Shown: in pieces, positions 1-8,344 of the stretch | Layout: every line of letters starts with the position of its first letter | How positions within the stretch are numbered: the first letter of the stretch is position 1 | Virus record (IMG/VR): IMGVR_UViG_3300042561_001059 | Location: 19,535-83,534 of that record | Reading direction: 5' to 3' (one strand) | Source: a virus | DNA length: 64,000 bases | The notes under the pieces: generated by a model | The model's input: the letters and a program-made list of their open reading frames with translations, nothing else | Told to the model about the DNA's origin: nothing | Database searches by the model: none | Position numbers and translations under genes: made by a program

Positions 1-1374
1 TACTGTAGGCAAGACGTATCAGTTACCTACAAACTATTTCAGCACATTCAAAAACAAAACTATCCAGAACCAGCGCTTAAGTTGGAACATGACTTTGCTT
101 TGGCAATTGAAAGACAAATTAGATCAGGTTTTCCTTTTGATGTTGATGCATGTCTTGATCTGGTGGATGATCTCCGAACAAAAGAAACAGAACTTGCAAC
201 ACACTTAAAACAAATCTTTCCACCTATTGAACATAAAGAAGTATTTGTACCCAAGGTAAATAACAAAACTCGTGGTTATGTTAAAGGCGTACCATTTGAA
301 AAAATTCGTATAGAAGAATTTAACCCTGGATCCAGGCAACAAATTACAGATCGATTAAAACAAAAGTACAATTGGCAACCTGAAAAATTAACAGCAAAAG
401 GTAATCCAATTCTTGATGATGAAGTCATTGAGAAGTTGCCATATCCAGAAGCTAAACCGTTAGCAGAATATATGTTGATTGAGAAACGTCTTGGTCAAAT
501 TGCTGATGGCAACAATGCTTGGCTCAAACTTGTTAACAATGACACCGGTTGTATCCACGGTGATCTTATTACTAACGGTTGCATTACTGGGCGTTGCGCA
601 CACCGCAATCCAAATATGGGTCAAGTCCCTGCTGCTTACTCCCCATATGGAAAGGAATGTCGAAGTTTATTCCATGCTCCTGACGGGTGGTCTCTCATTG
701 GTGTTGACGCTAAAGCACTTGAGTTACGTTGCCTTGCTGGATACCTTGCCCTCTGGGATAATGGAGAGTATGCCTCTGTTGTGACTAATTCAGATGTTGA
801 CATTCATACTTATAACCAAGAAAAGTTTGGTGTTGCTACCAGGGACATTTCAAAGCGACTTTTATATGGGCTTCTATATGGATGTGGATCTTTGAAGGCT
901 GGAACAATTATTAATCCAGATGAAAAAGATGTAGAAGTTCTGCGTCACTTAGGAAGTAATGCAATCAATTCATTCATGCGTGGACTGCCAGCTTTGAAGC
1001 GATTAAAAAATGAAATCGCTTTATCTATTCAACAGCGTGGTTGGTTGTATGGATTAGACAAACGTATTCTTTATTGCAGATCTGACTTTAAAGGATTGAA
1101 TGTATTATTACAATCTTCTGGTGCATTAATTATGAAACAAGTTGTTATTAACTTGCATCAATTAATGGAAGAGGCTGGTTATCAATATGGAGTTGACTGG
1201 CAACAACAAGGCATGATCCATGACGAAATCCAGTTGAGTTGTAAACCAAACCTTGTGGAAACATTAAAAGAGCATGCGTTAAATGCATTTCCTGCAGCGC
1301 AACAATTCTTTGGATTTCGTTGTCCCATTGAGGGCGATGCCAAAGTAGGATACACCTGGCTTGATACTCATTAA
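1..1374 (+). CDS. polA: Family A (T7-like) DNA polymerase, 5'-truncated by window edge
   Basis: Frame is open from base 1 (YCRQDV = ExoIII-like). Motif A DAKALELR, motif B RDISKRLLYGLLYG (Tyr at the E. coli 762 position), motif C HDE. Confidence 0.95.
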   Translation, partial: YCRQDVSVTYKLFQHIQKQNYPEPALKLEHDFALAIERQIRSGFPFDVDACLDLVDDLRTKETELATHLKQIFPPIEHKEVFVPKVNNKTRGYVKGVPFEKIRIEEFNPGSRQQITDRLKQKYNWQPEKLTAKGNPILDDEVIEKLPYPEAKPLAEYMLIEKRLGQIADGNNAWLKLVNNDTGCIHGDLITNGCITGRCAHRNPNMGQVPAAYSPYGKECRSLFHAPDGWSLIGVDAKALELRCLAGYLALWDNGEYASVVTNSDVDIHTYNQEKFGVATRDISKRLLYGLLYGCGSLKAGTIINPDEKDVEVLRHLGSNAINSFMRGLPALKRLKNEIALSIQQRGWLYGLDKRILYCRSDFKGLNVLLQSSGALIMKQVVINLHQLMEEAGYQYGVDWQQQGMIHDEIQLSCKPNLVETLKEHALNAFPAAQQFFGFRCPIEGDAKVGYTWLDTH

Positions 1375-1390
1375 TAAAATATTAACTATT

Positions 1391-1417
1391 CGTCCTAGGC
1401 ATGACGCTAAACTGCCT
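1391..1417 (+). promoter_or_regulatory. Conserved pseudoknot-forming leader motif, copy 1
   Basis: CGTCCTAGGCATGACGCTAAACTGCCT; CGTC/GACG and AGGCA/TGCCT can pair; 21 nt before ATG 1439. Confidence 0.75.
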
Positions 1418-1438
1418 TACCACCTGACTTCTGATCCA

Positions 1439-2251
1439 ATGAATCTTTCATTTCTTTGTGCACAAACGGTTGGCGTACCAAAAGAAAAAGCTATTAGCGA
1501 AAATTCTTTTGCAACTGTTTGTGATTTGTTGTTGCCTCCTGTAGGTAACAAAGCTCCAACACCTATTCAACTTAATGTTTATGGCAAAGCTGCTGAGCGT
1601 TTTGCTCGTGTACCAGCGGGTGCACAGATTTACATCCATGGTTCAAAGCTTCGGTACGATTTGAATTCAAAGACTTATTCATTGCAAGGGGGAATTGTTA
1701 CCCAGGTTGATACTGCATTTCCAATTTTGAACACTGTTGTTCTTAGTGGTCGTTGCGTTAAAGACATCGATCAAGAAGATGCACGTGCATTCAAAACAAC
1801 CGCAGATGGTTTGATGATCTGCAATCAAACTCTTTCTGTTAATACAGGAAGAAACCAAGCAGATTTGTTTAACTTCTATGCAATTAATACAGCAGAAGAT
1901 AAGTTAAACAATGCAGAACTTCTGGTTAACTTTACACGCAAAGGAACGGGTCTTAGCATCCAGGGTAAGTTGGTTACTGATTCTTGGGTTGATAAAGAAA
2001 CCAAAGAAAAAAAGAATCTGACCAAGATTCAATTGGTGTCAATGACCTTGGCTCCCAAGGGAAATACAGAGTCAAAGCCAATTACATCGCAGACAACCGT
2101 TGCATCTTCTACAGATGTTGGGAGTTTGTGGGGTGGCAAGGTTGCAGAAGATCTTGCGGAACCATGGGGATCTCAACATGGTGCATCTCTTCCTGACCTC
2201 CCTGGCTATGCTATGGCTGGCGCTAACGACGACTCTGACCCTCCGTTCTGA
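1439..2251 (+). CDS. ssb: Single-stranded DNA-binding protein, probably two tandem OB folds
   Basis: LNTVVLSGR...KGTGLSIQGKLVTDSWVDKETKEK is SSB-like; the N-half has a similar VYGKAAE..GAQIYIHG pattern; acidic tail DDSDPPF. Start moved to ATG 1439. Confidence 0.8.
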   Translation: MNLSFLCAQTVGVPKEKAISENSFATVCDLLLPPVGNKAPTPIQLNVYGKAAERFARVPAGAQIYIHGSKLRYDLNSKTYSLQGGIVTQVDTAFPILNTVVLSGRCVKDIDQEDARAFKTTADGLMICNQTLSVNTGRNQADLFNFYAINTAEDKLNNAELLVNFTRKGTGLSIQGKLVTDSWVDKETKEKKNLTKIQLVSMTLAPKGNTESKPITSQTTVASSTDVGSLWGGKVAEDLAEPWGSQHGASLPDLPGYAMAGANDDSDPPF

Positions 2252-2256
2252 ATCCA

Positions 2257-2490
2257 ATGACTATTTACAATCATTACGAATTTAAACATGTTGATGATTC
2301 CACCACTTACTTGGTTTCGTTTAACGCCGATCTTGGATCAAGTATTATTGATTCTTTTATTAACTTCATGAGCGGCTGTGGGTTTGCAAAATCATTTGTA
2401 ATTAATTACATGGAAGAACTTGTTGAAGAATACAGAGATGCGCAAAAAACACTTGCAAAAATTGAAGACGAACTTATTGGTCTTGATTGA
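2257..2490 (+). CDS. Hypothetical phage protein
   Basis: ATG-started ORF tightly packed in the operon. Confidence 0.65.
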   Translation: MTIYNHYEFKHVDDSTTYLVSFNADLGSSIIDSFINFMSGCGFAKSFVINYMEELVEEYRDAQKTLAKIEDELIGLD

Positions 2491-2495
2491 TTAAC

Positions 2496-2522
2496 CGTCC
2501 TGGGCATGACGTTAAACTGCCT
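2496..2522 (+). promoter_or_regulatory. Conserved pseudoknot-forming leader motif, copy 2
   Basis: CGTCCTGGGCATGACGTTAAACTGCCT; 21 nt before ATG 2544. Confidence 0.75.
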
Positions 2523-2543
2523 ATCACTCAACAACAAACCATC

Positions 2544-3635
2544 ATGACTTCTATTCTTGATGCTCTGAGACAACCTGATCCTGACACTGAACAAACCTCT
2601 GAACCTACTACTAAAACATCTGCAAAAATCATGACTACTAAGAAGACATCTGCATTGGCTACTCGTGGACTGGAATCGTTCAAACTTTTTCAAGATAAGA
2701 AGTTTGTTTCCGGGTACCAAAATCTCGTCACCATCCAGCCCCTTAACAAGTCAAAGACAAGAGGTTGGTTCGTGCGGAACTCAGACTTGGATACTTGCGG
2801 ATGGAGTGCCACTGAAACTGACTTTGCTAAAGGTTCAGTTCTCTGGAACTACAAGCAAACTTTTGGTATGGCTCCCAACACTTCAGTGGAAGAAGGACTC
2901 AATTTTGTTGAGCCTCGCATTCAAATCCTTTTACGTTCTCCCCTCATGGTTGAGGAAACTACTGGGATGAGGCAGACGATTGGAACCTTTGAGGATCCAG
3001 ATGTTAAAGAATTGTTTGAAGCAGATAAAATTGCGTCGGACCTTGCTAATAGCAAAGGTGAGATGTACAAGCGTAAGTACAGTGTACGTACAAAGTATCT
3101 TGTTTATATTCTGACCCAGGAAAACAAGCGTGCGCATAAGATTCCAATGGTTCTTACCCTGAAGGGATTGAATGGCACAGATGTTTCCGACAAGGTCAAG
3201 ATGTATGAAAAAGAAATGTCCAAGTGTTTGAGCAAGGCTTTGGATTCGGAGGTGCCTCTTGCATTCAATGAAAAGTTTTACGCAACTACCGTATTTGCTC
3301 CGATACTTGCCAACGAAATGCGTGGCGCCAACAACGTTGAGATCTGCGCAATTGAATCTTTTAACATCCCTGATTACAGCAGCCAAGAAACCGCAATCGA
3401 ATCACTAAATCAGATGTCAATTCCTGATGAAGATCGGGAATCAACTTGGAAGTATCAAGACATGTTTGCGGATTATATTAATCAGCATGCACGTCAAGAC
3501 GCTGAAAAACTTGGTGGTGCTTATGGAATTAAAGAAGGTGTTGAAATTCTTCCGGCATCCAGGAGCATTGATGTAGAAGCAAAGCTTTTAACTTCTGCAC
3601 AAGATCCTGATACGGGTGAGAACTTTAGTTTCTAA
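2544..3635 (+). CDS. Hypothetical protein (DUF5895-like cyanobacterial family; possible ssDNA-binding/annealing role)
   Basis: Long ORF in the replication operon with acidic/aromatic tail DPDTGENFSF; family call from memory; start moved to ATG 2544. Confidence 0.55.
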   Translation: MTSILDALRQPDPDTEQTSEPTTKTSAKIMTTKKTSALATRGLESFKLFQDKKFVSGYQNLVTIQPLNKSKTRGWFVRNSDLDTCGWSATETDFAKGSVLWNYKQTFGMAPNTSVEEGLNFVEPRIQILLRSPLMVEETTGMRQTIGTFEDPDVKELFEADKIASDLANSKGEMYKRKYSVRTKYLVYILTQENKRAHKIPMVLTLKGLNGTDVSDKVKMYEKEMSKCLSKALDSEVPLAFNEKFYATTVFAPILANEMRGANNVEICAIESFNIPDYSSQETAIESLNQMSIPDEDRESTWKYQDMFADYINQHARQDAEKLGGAYGIKEGVEILPASRSIDVEAKLLTSAQDPDTGENFSF

Positions 3636-3886
3636 GACTTAAGTTCAGGGTTGGCAATTTCATTTGCATCAATCAACACATTGTTGAATAAGTGAATGTC
3701 TTTAACCAACCCTTTTATTACACCTTGACGTTGTGTGGCGATTCTTGCTAAAAGAGTCGCCATTTCTTTTAATGCATTTACGGAGTTACAATCTTGAATT
3801 GCACGTTTAATTTTTTCTTCCCAAAATAAATCATCAATTGATGGTTCAATATCAAACTTACTAAGTGGCACGTAATGCTCTTCCAT
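3632..3886 (-). CDS. Small helical protein, weakly NblA-like
   Basis: EPSIDDLFWEEKIKRAIQDCNSVNALKEMATLLARIATQRQGVIKGLV fits a helix-loop-helix NblA-like pattern; start ATG 3886. Confidence 0.45.
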   Translation of the reverse strand: MEEHYVPLSKFDIEPSIDDLFWEEKIKRAIQDCNSVNALKEMATLLARIATQRQGVIKGLVKDIHLFNNVLIDANEIANPELKS

Positions 3887-3929
3887 AAATAACCATGGAG
3901 GATAATCAATTCTACACATAACTAAACAA

Positions 3930-4121
3930 ATGAAACATGAAGAAAAAGTTGCGTTGGCTACAGGAACAGCAGTTATGTTGATTGCTGGTCCCATAGCTCT
4001 TGCACTGGGAACACCAGTTGCCTTTGGTGCCCTTGCTTTTGGTACGTATCGAACTGCAAAGTCTGCCTATGATCGAGCCTTGTTTCGTAGTAAAGTGAAG
4101 CCGCCCCACGGGGAACTTTAA
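3930..4121 (+). CDS. Small membrane protein
   Basis: Hydrophobic Ala/Gly-rich stretch followed by a basic tail. Confidence 0.55.
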   Translation: MKHEEKVALATGTAVMLIAGPIALALGTPVAFGALAFGTYRTAKSAYDRALFRSKVKPPHGEL

Positions 4122-4144
4122 TTAACTCAACTTTTAATCAAACC

Positions 4145-5113
4145 ATGGAAAACCAATTAGTAACGCAACTCAACACAGCACAACAATTTATTTACTCTCG
4201 TTCAAATATTAGGAGAGCTTATTTAGATTTTGATGATACTGACATTGCAGGAATTAATCTTTCTGATAAAGATATTATTGTTATTCGCAATGACGGTACA
4301 AATCAAAAGTATGACAAGCAATTGGTTTGTAGTGCGTACCAGGCATATACAGGACGCTTAAAAGACTTCTTTGCTTACTTGGGACCTAACTATCGTGGAC
4401 CATCAATCTGGCGAAACAATGCCTACATCATGTTTAAAGGTTGGCACTACAACCATAAGCTGGGATACCTTACGCAATCTGCACAAATACAACGTGCGTG
4501 GGCTGATAAATTCATTCACATATCAGATCGAACCAAGTTGGTTCAATTACTTCAATCAGATCAAACTGACCTTGGGCACCTGGTTGCCCCTGATGGTTTC
4601 CACGAAATTAATGATGCCATTGACTTTGATGCTCCTGAACCAGAATCGGATGTTGAGGCTAGTAGCTTACAAAAACTTCAGGCAAGTCCATACTGCTCTT
4701 GCGGTTCGTTCCAAAAACAACTGAATAATCTATCTGAGTTCCAGGCTGAGATTGAAGGTTACAAGCCTTGGTGTATTCATTTAACATGGATGCAACGTTA
4801 TCGTCAGCTCCTTGTTAAACGTGGTGAAGTCCGTTCGCAATGCCGTGGTCAAGTTGCAGAACATGCTGTGGCTTGGTGGTACGCACCACCAGAAGGCAAG
4901 TCTGATGAAGGGAGGTTTGTTGTTTTATACACCAAGCAAGGCTCTATGGCTTCACTTAAGTCTTGGCGTACCTACAAACCAAAAGAAGTCTTTACTCAAA
5001 AACATGTTTGGGATTTATTTGATAACATGTTAGATAATGGCTTTGTTCCGTTTCCAGGTACTTCTCTTCCTCAATTAAAAAACGCATGGAAAACAACGCC
5101 AAAGAATACATAA
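4145..5113 (+). CDS. SWIM zinc-finger-containing protein
   Basis: CSCGSF...WCIH (CxC-xn-CxH). Confidence 0.65.
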   Translation: MENQLVTQLNTAQQFIYSRSNIRRAYLDFDDTDIAGINLSDKDIIVIRNDGTNQKYDKQLVCSAYQAYTGRLKDFFAYLGPNYRGPSIWRNNAYIMFKGWHYNHKLGYLTQSAQIQRAWADKFIHISDRTKLVQLLQSDQTDLGHLVAPDGFHEINDAIDFDAPEPESDVEASSLQKLQASPYCSCGSFQKQLNNLSEFQAEIEGYKPWCIHLTWMQRYRQLLVKRGEVRSQCRGQVAEHAVAWWYAPPEGKSDEGRFVVLYTKQGSMASLKSWRTYKPKEVFTQKHVWDLFDNMLDNGFVPFPGTSLPQLKNAWKTTPKNT

Positions 5114-5343
5114 CTCAAATGCAGTTTGAATGTGCTGACCCTGCTTCTGTATTTAAACTTGACATTAAATACATTGAAGAAGAAAATGGAGGCGGTACTA
5201 TTCAAATTGAATGGGACGAAGAAGATGCTGATCTCCAATGGTGGAATAACCTTGGAGAAGAAAAGCAACAACAATTTATTCTTGATGCTTTAACTGCTGC
5301 TATTTCTAATGCACTTGATGAGGATGAATCTGATGGGATTTGA
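5086..5343 (+). CDS. Acidic hypothetical protein
   Basis: ATG ORF overlapping both neighbours. Confidence 0.6.
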   Translation: MENNAKEYITQMQFECADPASVFKLDIKYIEEENGGGTIQIEWDEEDADLQWWNNLGEEKQQQFILDALTAAISNALDEDESDGI

Positions 5344-5701
5344 AACTTACGGCTTGCCTGAAACTGAGTACTACAAAATTTTAAGTAGTAAGTCTCAGTT
5401 TATTCTTAACTGTTTAGCAGTTATGACAACTGAAGCTTCTAATAAAGGCATTAACCTTCAAGGGTTTAACGACAAATTTCTTTGGGATATGTTTATGGAA
5501 TGTGTGTATTCTGCTGATGAGGAAGCACGCATCATTCAAAAAGAAAACAACCCAGATGAAATTAAAGCTAGATCGTGGGATCCAGGCCCTAGTCGAGATG
5601 AGCTAATGGAAGAAATTAAATCTGTCAACGCTAAAACAGAAGCATTGACTGATTACATTGCAGAGTTAATAACTAAATTTTTTCCTAAAGTTACAGATTA
5701 A
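5333..5701 (+). CDS. Hypothetical protein
   Basis: ORF track, start shifted to ATG 5333. Confidence 0.6.
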   Translation: MGFETYGLPETEYYKILSSKSQFILNCLAVMTTEASNKGINLQGFNDKFLWDMFMECVYSADEEARIIQKENNPDEIKARSWDPGPSRDELMEEIKSVNAKTEALTDYIAELITKFFPKVTD

Positions 5702-5706
5702 TTAAA

Positions 5707-5733
5707 CGTCCTAAGCATGACGTTAAACTGCTT
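5707..5733 (+). promoter_or_regulatory. Conserved pseudoknot-forming leader motif, copy 3
   Basis: CGTCCTAAGCATGACGTTAAACTGCTT; AAGCA/TGCTT is a compensatory change relative to copies 1-2; 22 nt before ATG 5756. Confidence 0.75.
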
Positions 5734-5755
5734 GCAACACAACTTATTACCACTC

Positions 5756-5869
5756 ATGTTTGAAAGCATTTTGTCTGCTGTTCTTCCGATTGTTAAAGAT
5801 TTACTTTGGACAGCATGCGCAGCACTGCTGGCCTATATGGTAAACAAACTAACCAATCAATTTACTTGA
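5756..5869 (+). CDS. 37-aa hydrophobic peptide (below ORF-track cutoff)
   Basis: MFESILSAVLPIVKDLLWTACAALLAYMVNKLTNQFT; fills the gap between the leader motif and ATG 5871. Confidence 0.6.
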   Translation: MFESILSAVLPIVKDLLWTACAALLAYMVNKLTNQFT

Positions 5870-5870
5870 C

Positions 5871-6590
5871 ATGAAACCAACTCAAATTACTAAAACAAAT
5901 CTCAAAGAACTGACCATTTTTAAACTCTATGAACATTATGCTGCCCTGGACAAGTCTATTCCTTTATTGGTTTCTGAGTCCCAAGAGTTGGTCAAGGCTG
6001 AGCTTGAACAATGCCTTGAGCTCAGGTCTGAAAAAATAGACCGGTTGTATTACGCATGGGCACATCATGAAGATGCTGTTGAGCGTGCCAAGAAAGAGCA
6101 AGAGCTTTTGTTGGTAGCACGCAAGCACCATGAGTCACAAGTTGCCAAGATTAAGGGTCTGGTTAATTGGTTAAGACGTGCCGCACCACTGGACTCCAAT
6201 CGTATTGTTGGTAAGAACTATGAGTTTGTTCTTAGTAAAAAACGTGAGTTGACTGTAGAAATTTCTATTCCAGTAGAGGAATGGGAAGAAGCAGACATCA
6301 ATGAATTTTGCTTGCAACAAACCGTTACCACAACAAAAGAAACTGTGGTAACTTCTATGAGTGGTGACGTAATCGAACGCACTACAACACCAGTTACAAA
6401 AACAGAAATTATTCCAAATGCCGACAAGCTCCGCCGTGCTTACCAAGAAGGACAACGAATCCCACAAGGTGTCAAAATCCAACAAGACTACAACATCAAA
6501 CGGAATCGAGTCGTCCACACAAGGGGAATGGACAATCTTCCATCCAAATATTCAGAAGAGTTTCTACCAGAACTTGAAGCCGCCGACTGA
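5871..6590 (+). CDS. Siphovirus Gp157-like coiled-coil protein
   Basis: Coiled-coil N-half (EKIDRLYY..), C-terminal PNADKLRRAYQEGQRIPQGV. Confidence 0.65.
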   Translation: MKPTQITKTNLKELTIFKLYEHYAALDKSIPLLVSESQELVKAELEQCLELRSEKIDRLYYAWAHHEDAVERAKKEQELLLVARKHHESQVAKIKGLVNWLRRAAPLDSNRIVGKNYEFVLSKKRELTVEISIPVEEWEEADINEFCLQQTVTTTKETVVTSMSGDVIERTTTPVTKTEIIPNADKLRRAYQEGQRIPQGVKIQQDYNIKRNRVVHTRGMDNLPSKYSEEFLPELEAAD

Positions 6591-6831
6591 TCTTGATGAT
6601 GCGCATGTCATGTGCCGTTGTCATGAACAAGCTGTAGATGACTTCCAACTACAGATTGAAATGGTAGATCTTGAGTTGGCAATGCTTTGTGATAACGGAG
6701 ATACTCTTCCGTATAACGAAGCAAAGGCGCAAGAGCTTGAGGAAAAAAAACTTAAGCTTCTTGGTGGCAAACGTTTTCATCTCAACTCCAGGAATGCGTA
6801 CTGGTTTTATCTGATGAAAAGCAAAAACTAG
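6418..6831 (+). CDS. Hypothetical protein (true start uncertain, probably downstream)
   Basis: Only ORF covering 6590-6831. Confidence 0.5.
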   Translation: MPTSSAVLTKKDNESHKVSKSNKTTTSNGIESSTQGEWTIFHPNIQKSFYQNLKPPTDLDDAHVMCRCHEQAVDDFQLQIEMVDLELAMLCDNGDTLPYNEAKAQELEEKKLKLLGGKRFHLNSRNAYWFYLMKSKN

Positions 6832-6863
6832 GGAGTATAAACTGAAGAAAAGATTAGGGTGCC

Positions 6864-7124
6864 ATGACTGACGACGGTTTGACGCGTTTGTTTGATTCGT
6901 TCACGCAGGGTGGCACCCCCCTTCCTGCGTTGATTGGAAACAAGATGGAGTGGCAAGTCACCGTACTTACCGCTGCCATGATCGCTAATGAAAACTTAGC
7001 TGCATCCATGACCGCAGAGGAAATGGTTGATGCCTCTATTAACTACACTCATGTCATTCAAGAAAGGCTTGGTTACTACCAGCAAAACCAAATGCATTCT
7101 TTAGAAAGACTGCTAGAAAAATAA
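6864..7124 (+). CDS. Hypothetical protein
   Basis: ATG ORF, operon packing. Confidence 0.6.
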   Translation: MTDDGLTRLFDSFTQGGTPLPALIGNKMEWQVTVLTAAMIANENLAASMTAEEMVDASINYTHVIQERLGYYQQNQMHSLERLLEK

Positions 7125-7134
7125 AAACCTGCTA

Positions 7135-7356
7135 TTGTTTCAGGGTTCCACACTTCTAGTAATGGAAGCACCCCCTAAGACTCTTGTAACAATCAACGTT
7201 TCATTTAACATTGATCTGGAGTATGACTCATTTACAGGTCGTACTCTTAGTGAATTCTTAACCTTGATTGAAGACGATCTCTTTGATGCTGTCAATGAGT
7301 TGCGTCCTGAGATCCAGGATATTTACCACATGCAAACCAGACTCGTCAATGACTAA
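7135..7356 (+). CDS. Hypothetical protein
   Basis: ORF track; stop overlaps the next start. Confidence 0.5.
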   Translation: MFQGSTLLVMEAPPKTLVTINVSFNIDLEYDSFTGRTLSEFLTLIEDDLFDAVNELRPEIQDIYHMQTRLVND

Positions 7357-7585
7357 TTCATTTGATTACCAAGAGATTTTGAATAGTTGGGATGTAAATC
7401 TCGAACAACAAAAAGCAGACTTTCAAGAACATTTGTACAATGTGTATCGGCCTAGTAGTCAGACATACACCGGCCTATGGGAACGTTTCTGTATTACGGA
7501 AGCTGGTCCGTTGGCTCGTTCGCAATTCTTTGAAGCTCTTAAAGCAATTAAAGAGTATGAAGAATTGCAAAAACAAAATAAATAA
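7349..7585 (+). CDS. Hypothetical protein
   Basis: ATG 7349; EQQKADFQEHLY..YTGLW. Confidence 0.6.
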   Translation: MTNSFDYQEILNSWDVNLEQQKADFQEHLYNVYRPSSQTYTGLWERFCITEAGPLARSQFFEALKAIKEYEELQKQNK

Positions 7586-7636
7586 TTGACATTATTAAGG
7601 CCCACTGCCAAAGTGGGTCTGACTAAAACATTTGTT

Positions 7637-7855
7637 ATGGACAAAGAAGAAGTTGAAGCCTTATTAAAAAAAGTGCTTTGGTTTTTAGATCTGGGCTTGC
7701 TATCACACATTGGGTATCCACCTGATGAAGATGTGCCAAATCCAGAAGATTTTATTGAAGGCTACGGCAAATGTATTGAAGATTTTCTTTATGAAACTCA
7801 ACGACTCGGATTTGATCTCAGATTACAACTCAACCAAGAGACTGGGGAATCCTGA
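7637..7855 (+). CDS. Hypothetical protein
   Basis: ATG 7637 in frame with the track ORF. Confidence 0.5.
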   Translation: MDKEEVEALLKKVLWFLDLGLLSHIGYPPDEDVPNPEDFIEGYGKCIEDFLYETQRLGFDLRLQLNQETGES

Positions 7856-8120
7856 TACTCCAGCCGCTGGTGACTCCAAACAACTACGTGAAAACATGCA
7901 CAACACTACCAACGTTGCTATTTCGGAATTTGATTCGTTAATGGAGCAACGTGCTTATAAAGAATTTATTGATCACTTTTCAGATACTGTTGTATCTGCT
8001 GAAGACTTGTTAAGTCCAGATCGTTTAGCAAAAGCAATTATTGAAGTGCTCCAAGAACAACAAACATATCACTTAAAACAAGCTGAGCACTATAGCAACA
8101 TCATTAAAGCTATCCAATGA
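7791..8120 (+). CDS. Hypothetical protein
   Basis: Stop overlaps the next ATG (ATGA); start uncertain. Confidence 0.5.
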   Translation: MKLNDSDLISDYNSTKRLGNPDTPAAGDSKQLRENMHNTTNVAISEFDSLMEQRAYKEFIDHFSDTVVSAEDLLSPDRLAKAIIEVLQEQQTYHLKQAEHYSNIIKAIQ

Positions 8121-8317
8121 AACCTAAAAAATTTCAATGGGTATGTCATGATTGTGGTCTGAAATATGGTAGGTGGTACCAGGGGCGTGTGTACTCTGGT
8201 CCACCAAATCACTGTGCTACTTACCACATGGGTACATGTGATGTTTGTAATGAAATCAATGTGTCTGTGACTGAAACCAGGGACTACGGTCAGTTGGTTA
8301 CTTCGAAAATACCTTGA
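8117..8317 (+). CDS. Small zinc-ribbon protein
   Basis: CHDC and CDVC pairs. Confidence 0.6.
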   Translation: MKPKKFQWVCHDCGLKYGRWYQGRVYSGPPNHCATYHMGTCDVCNEINVSVTETRDYGQLVTSKIP

Positions 8318-8344
8318 ATAGAATAAAAGAAATGAATTAAGTCA

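Noticed and set aside
1361-2543. Shared N-terminal peptide RPxHDxKLP in the track ORFs starting at 1361 and 2487
   Set aside because: It is the translation of the repeated nucleotide motif; the real starts are more likely ATG 1439 and 2544.
2488-5756. Pseudoknots as stop-codon readthrough signals
   Set aside because: Only copy 3 would read in frame into the next gene; copy 2 would not, and copy 1 follows a double TAA. The constant distance is to the downstream ATG.
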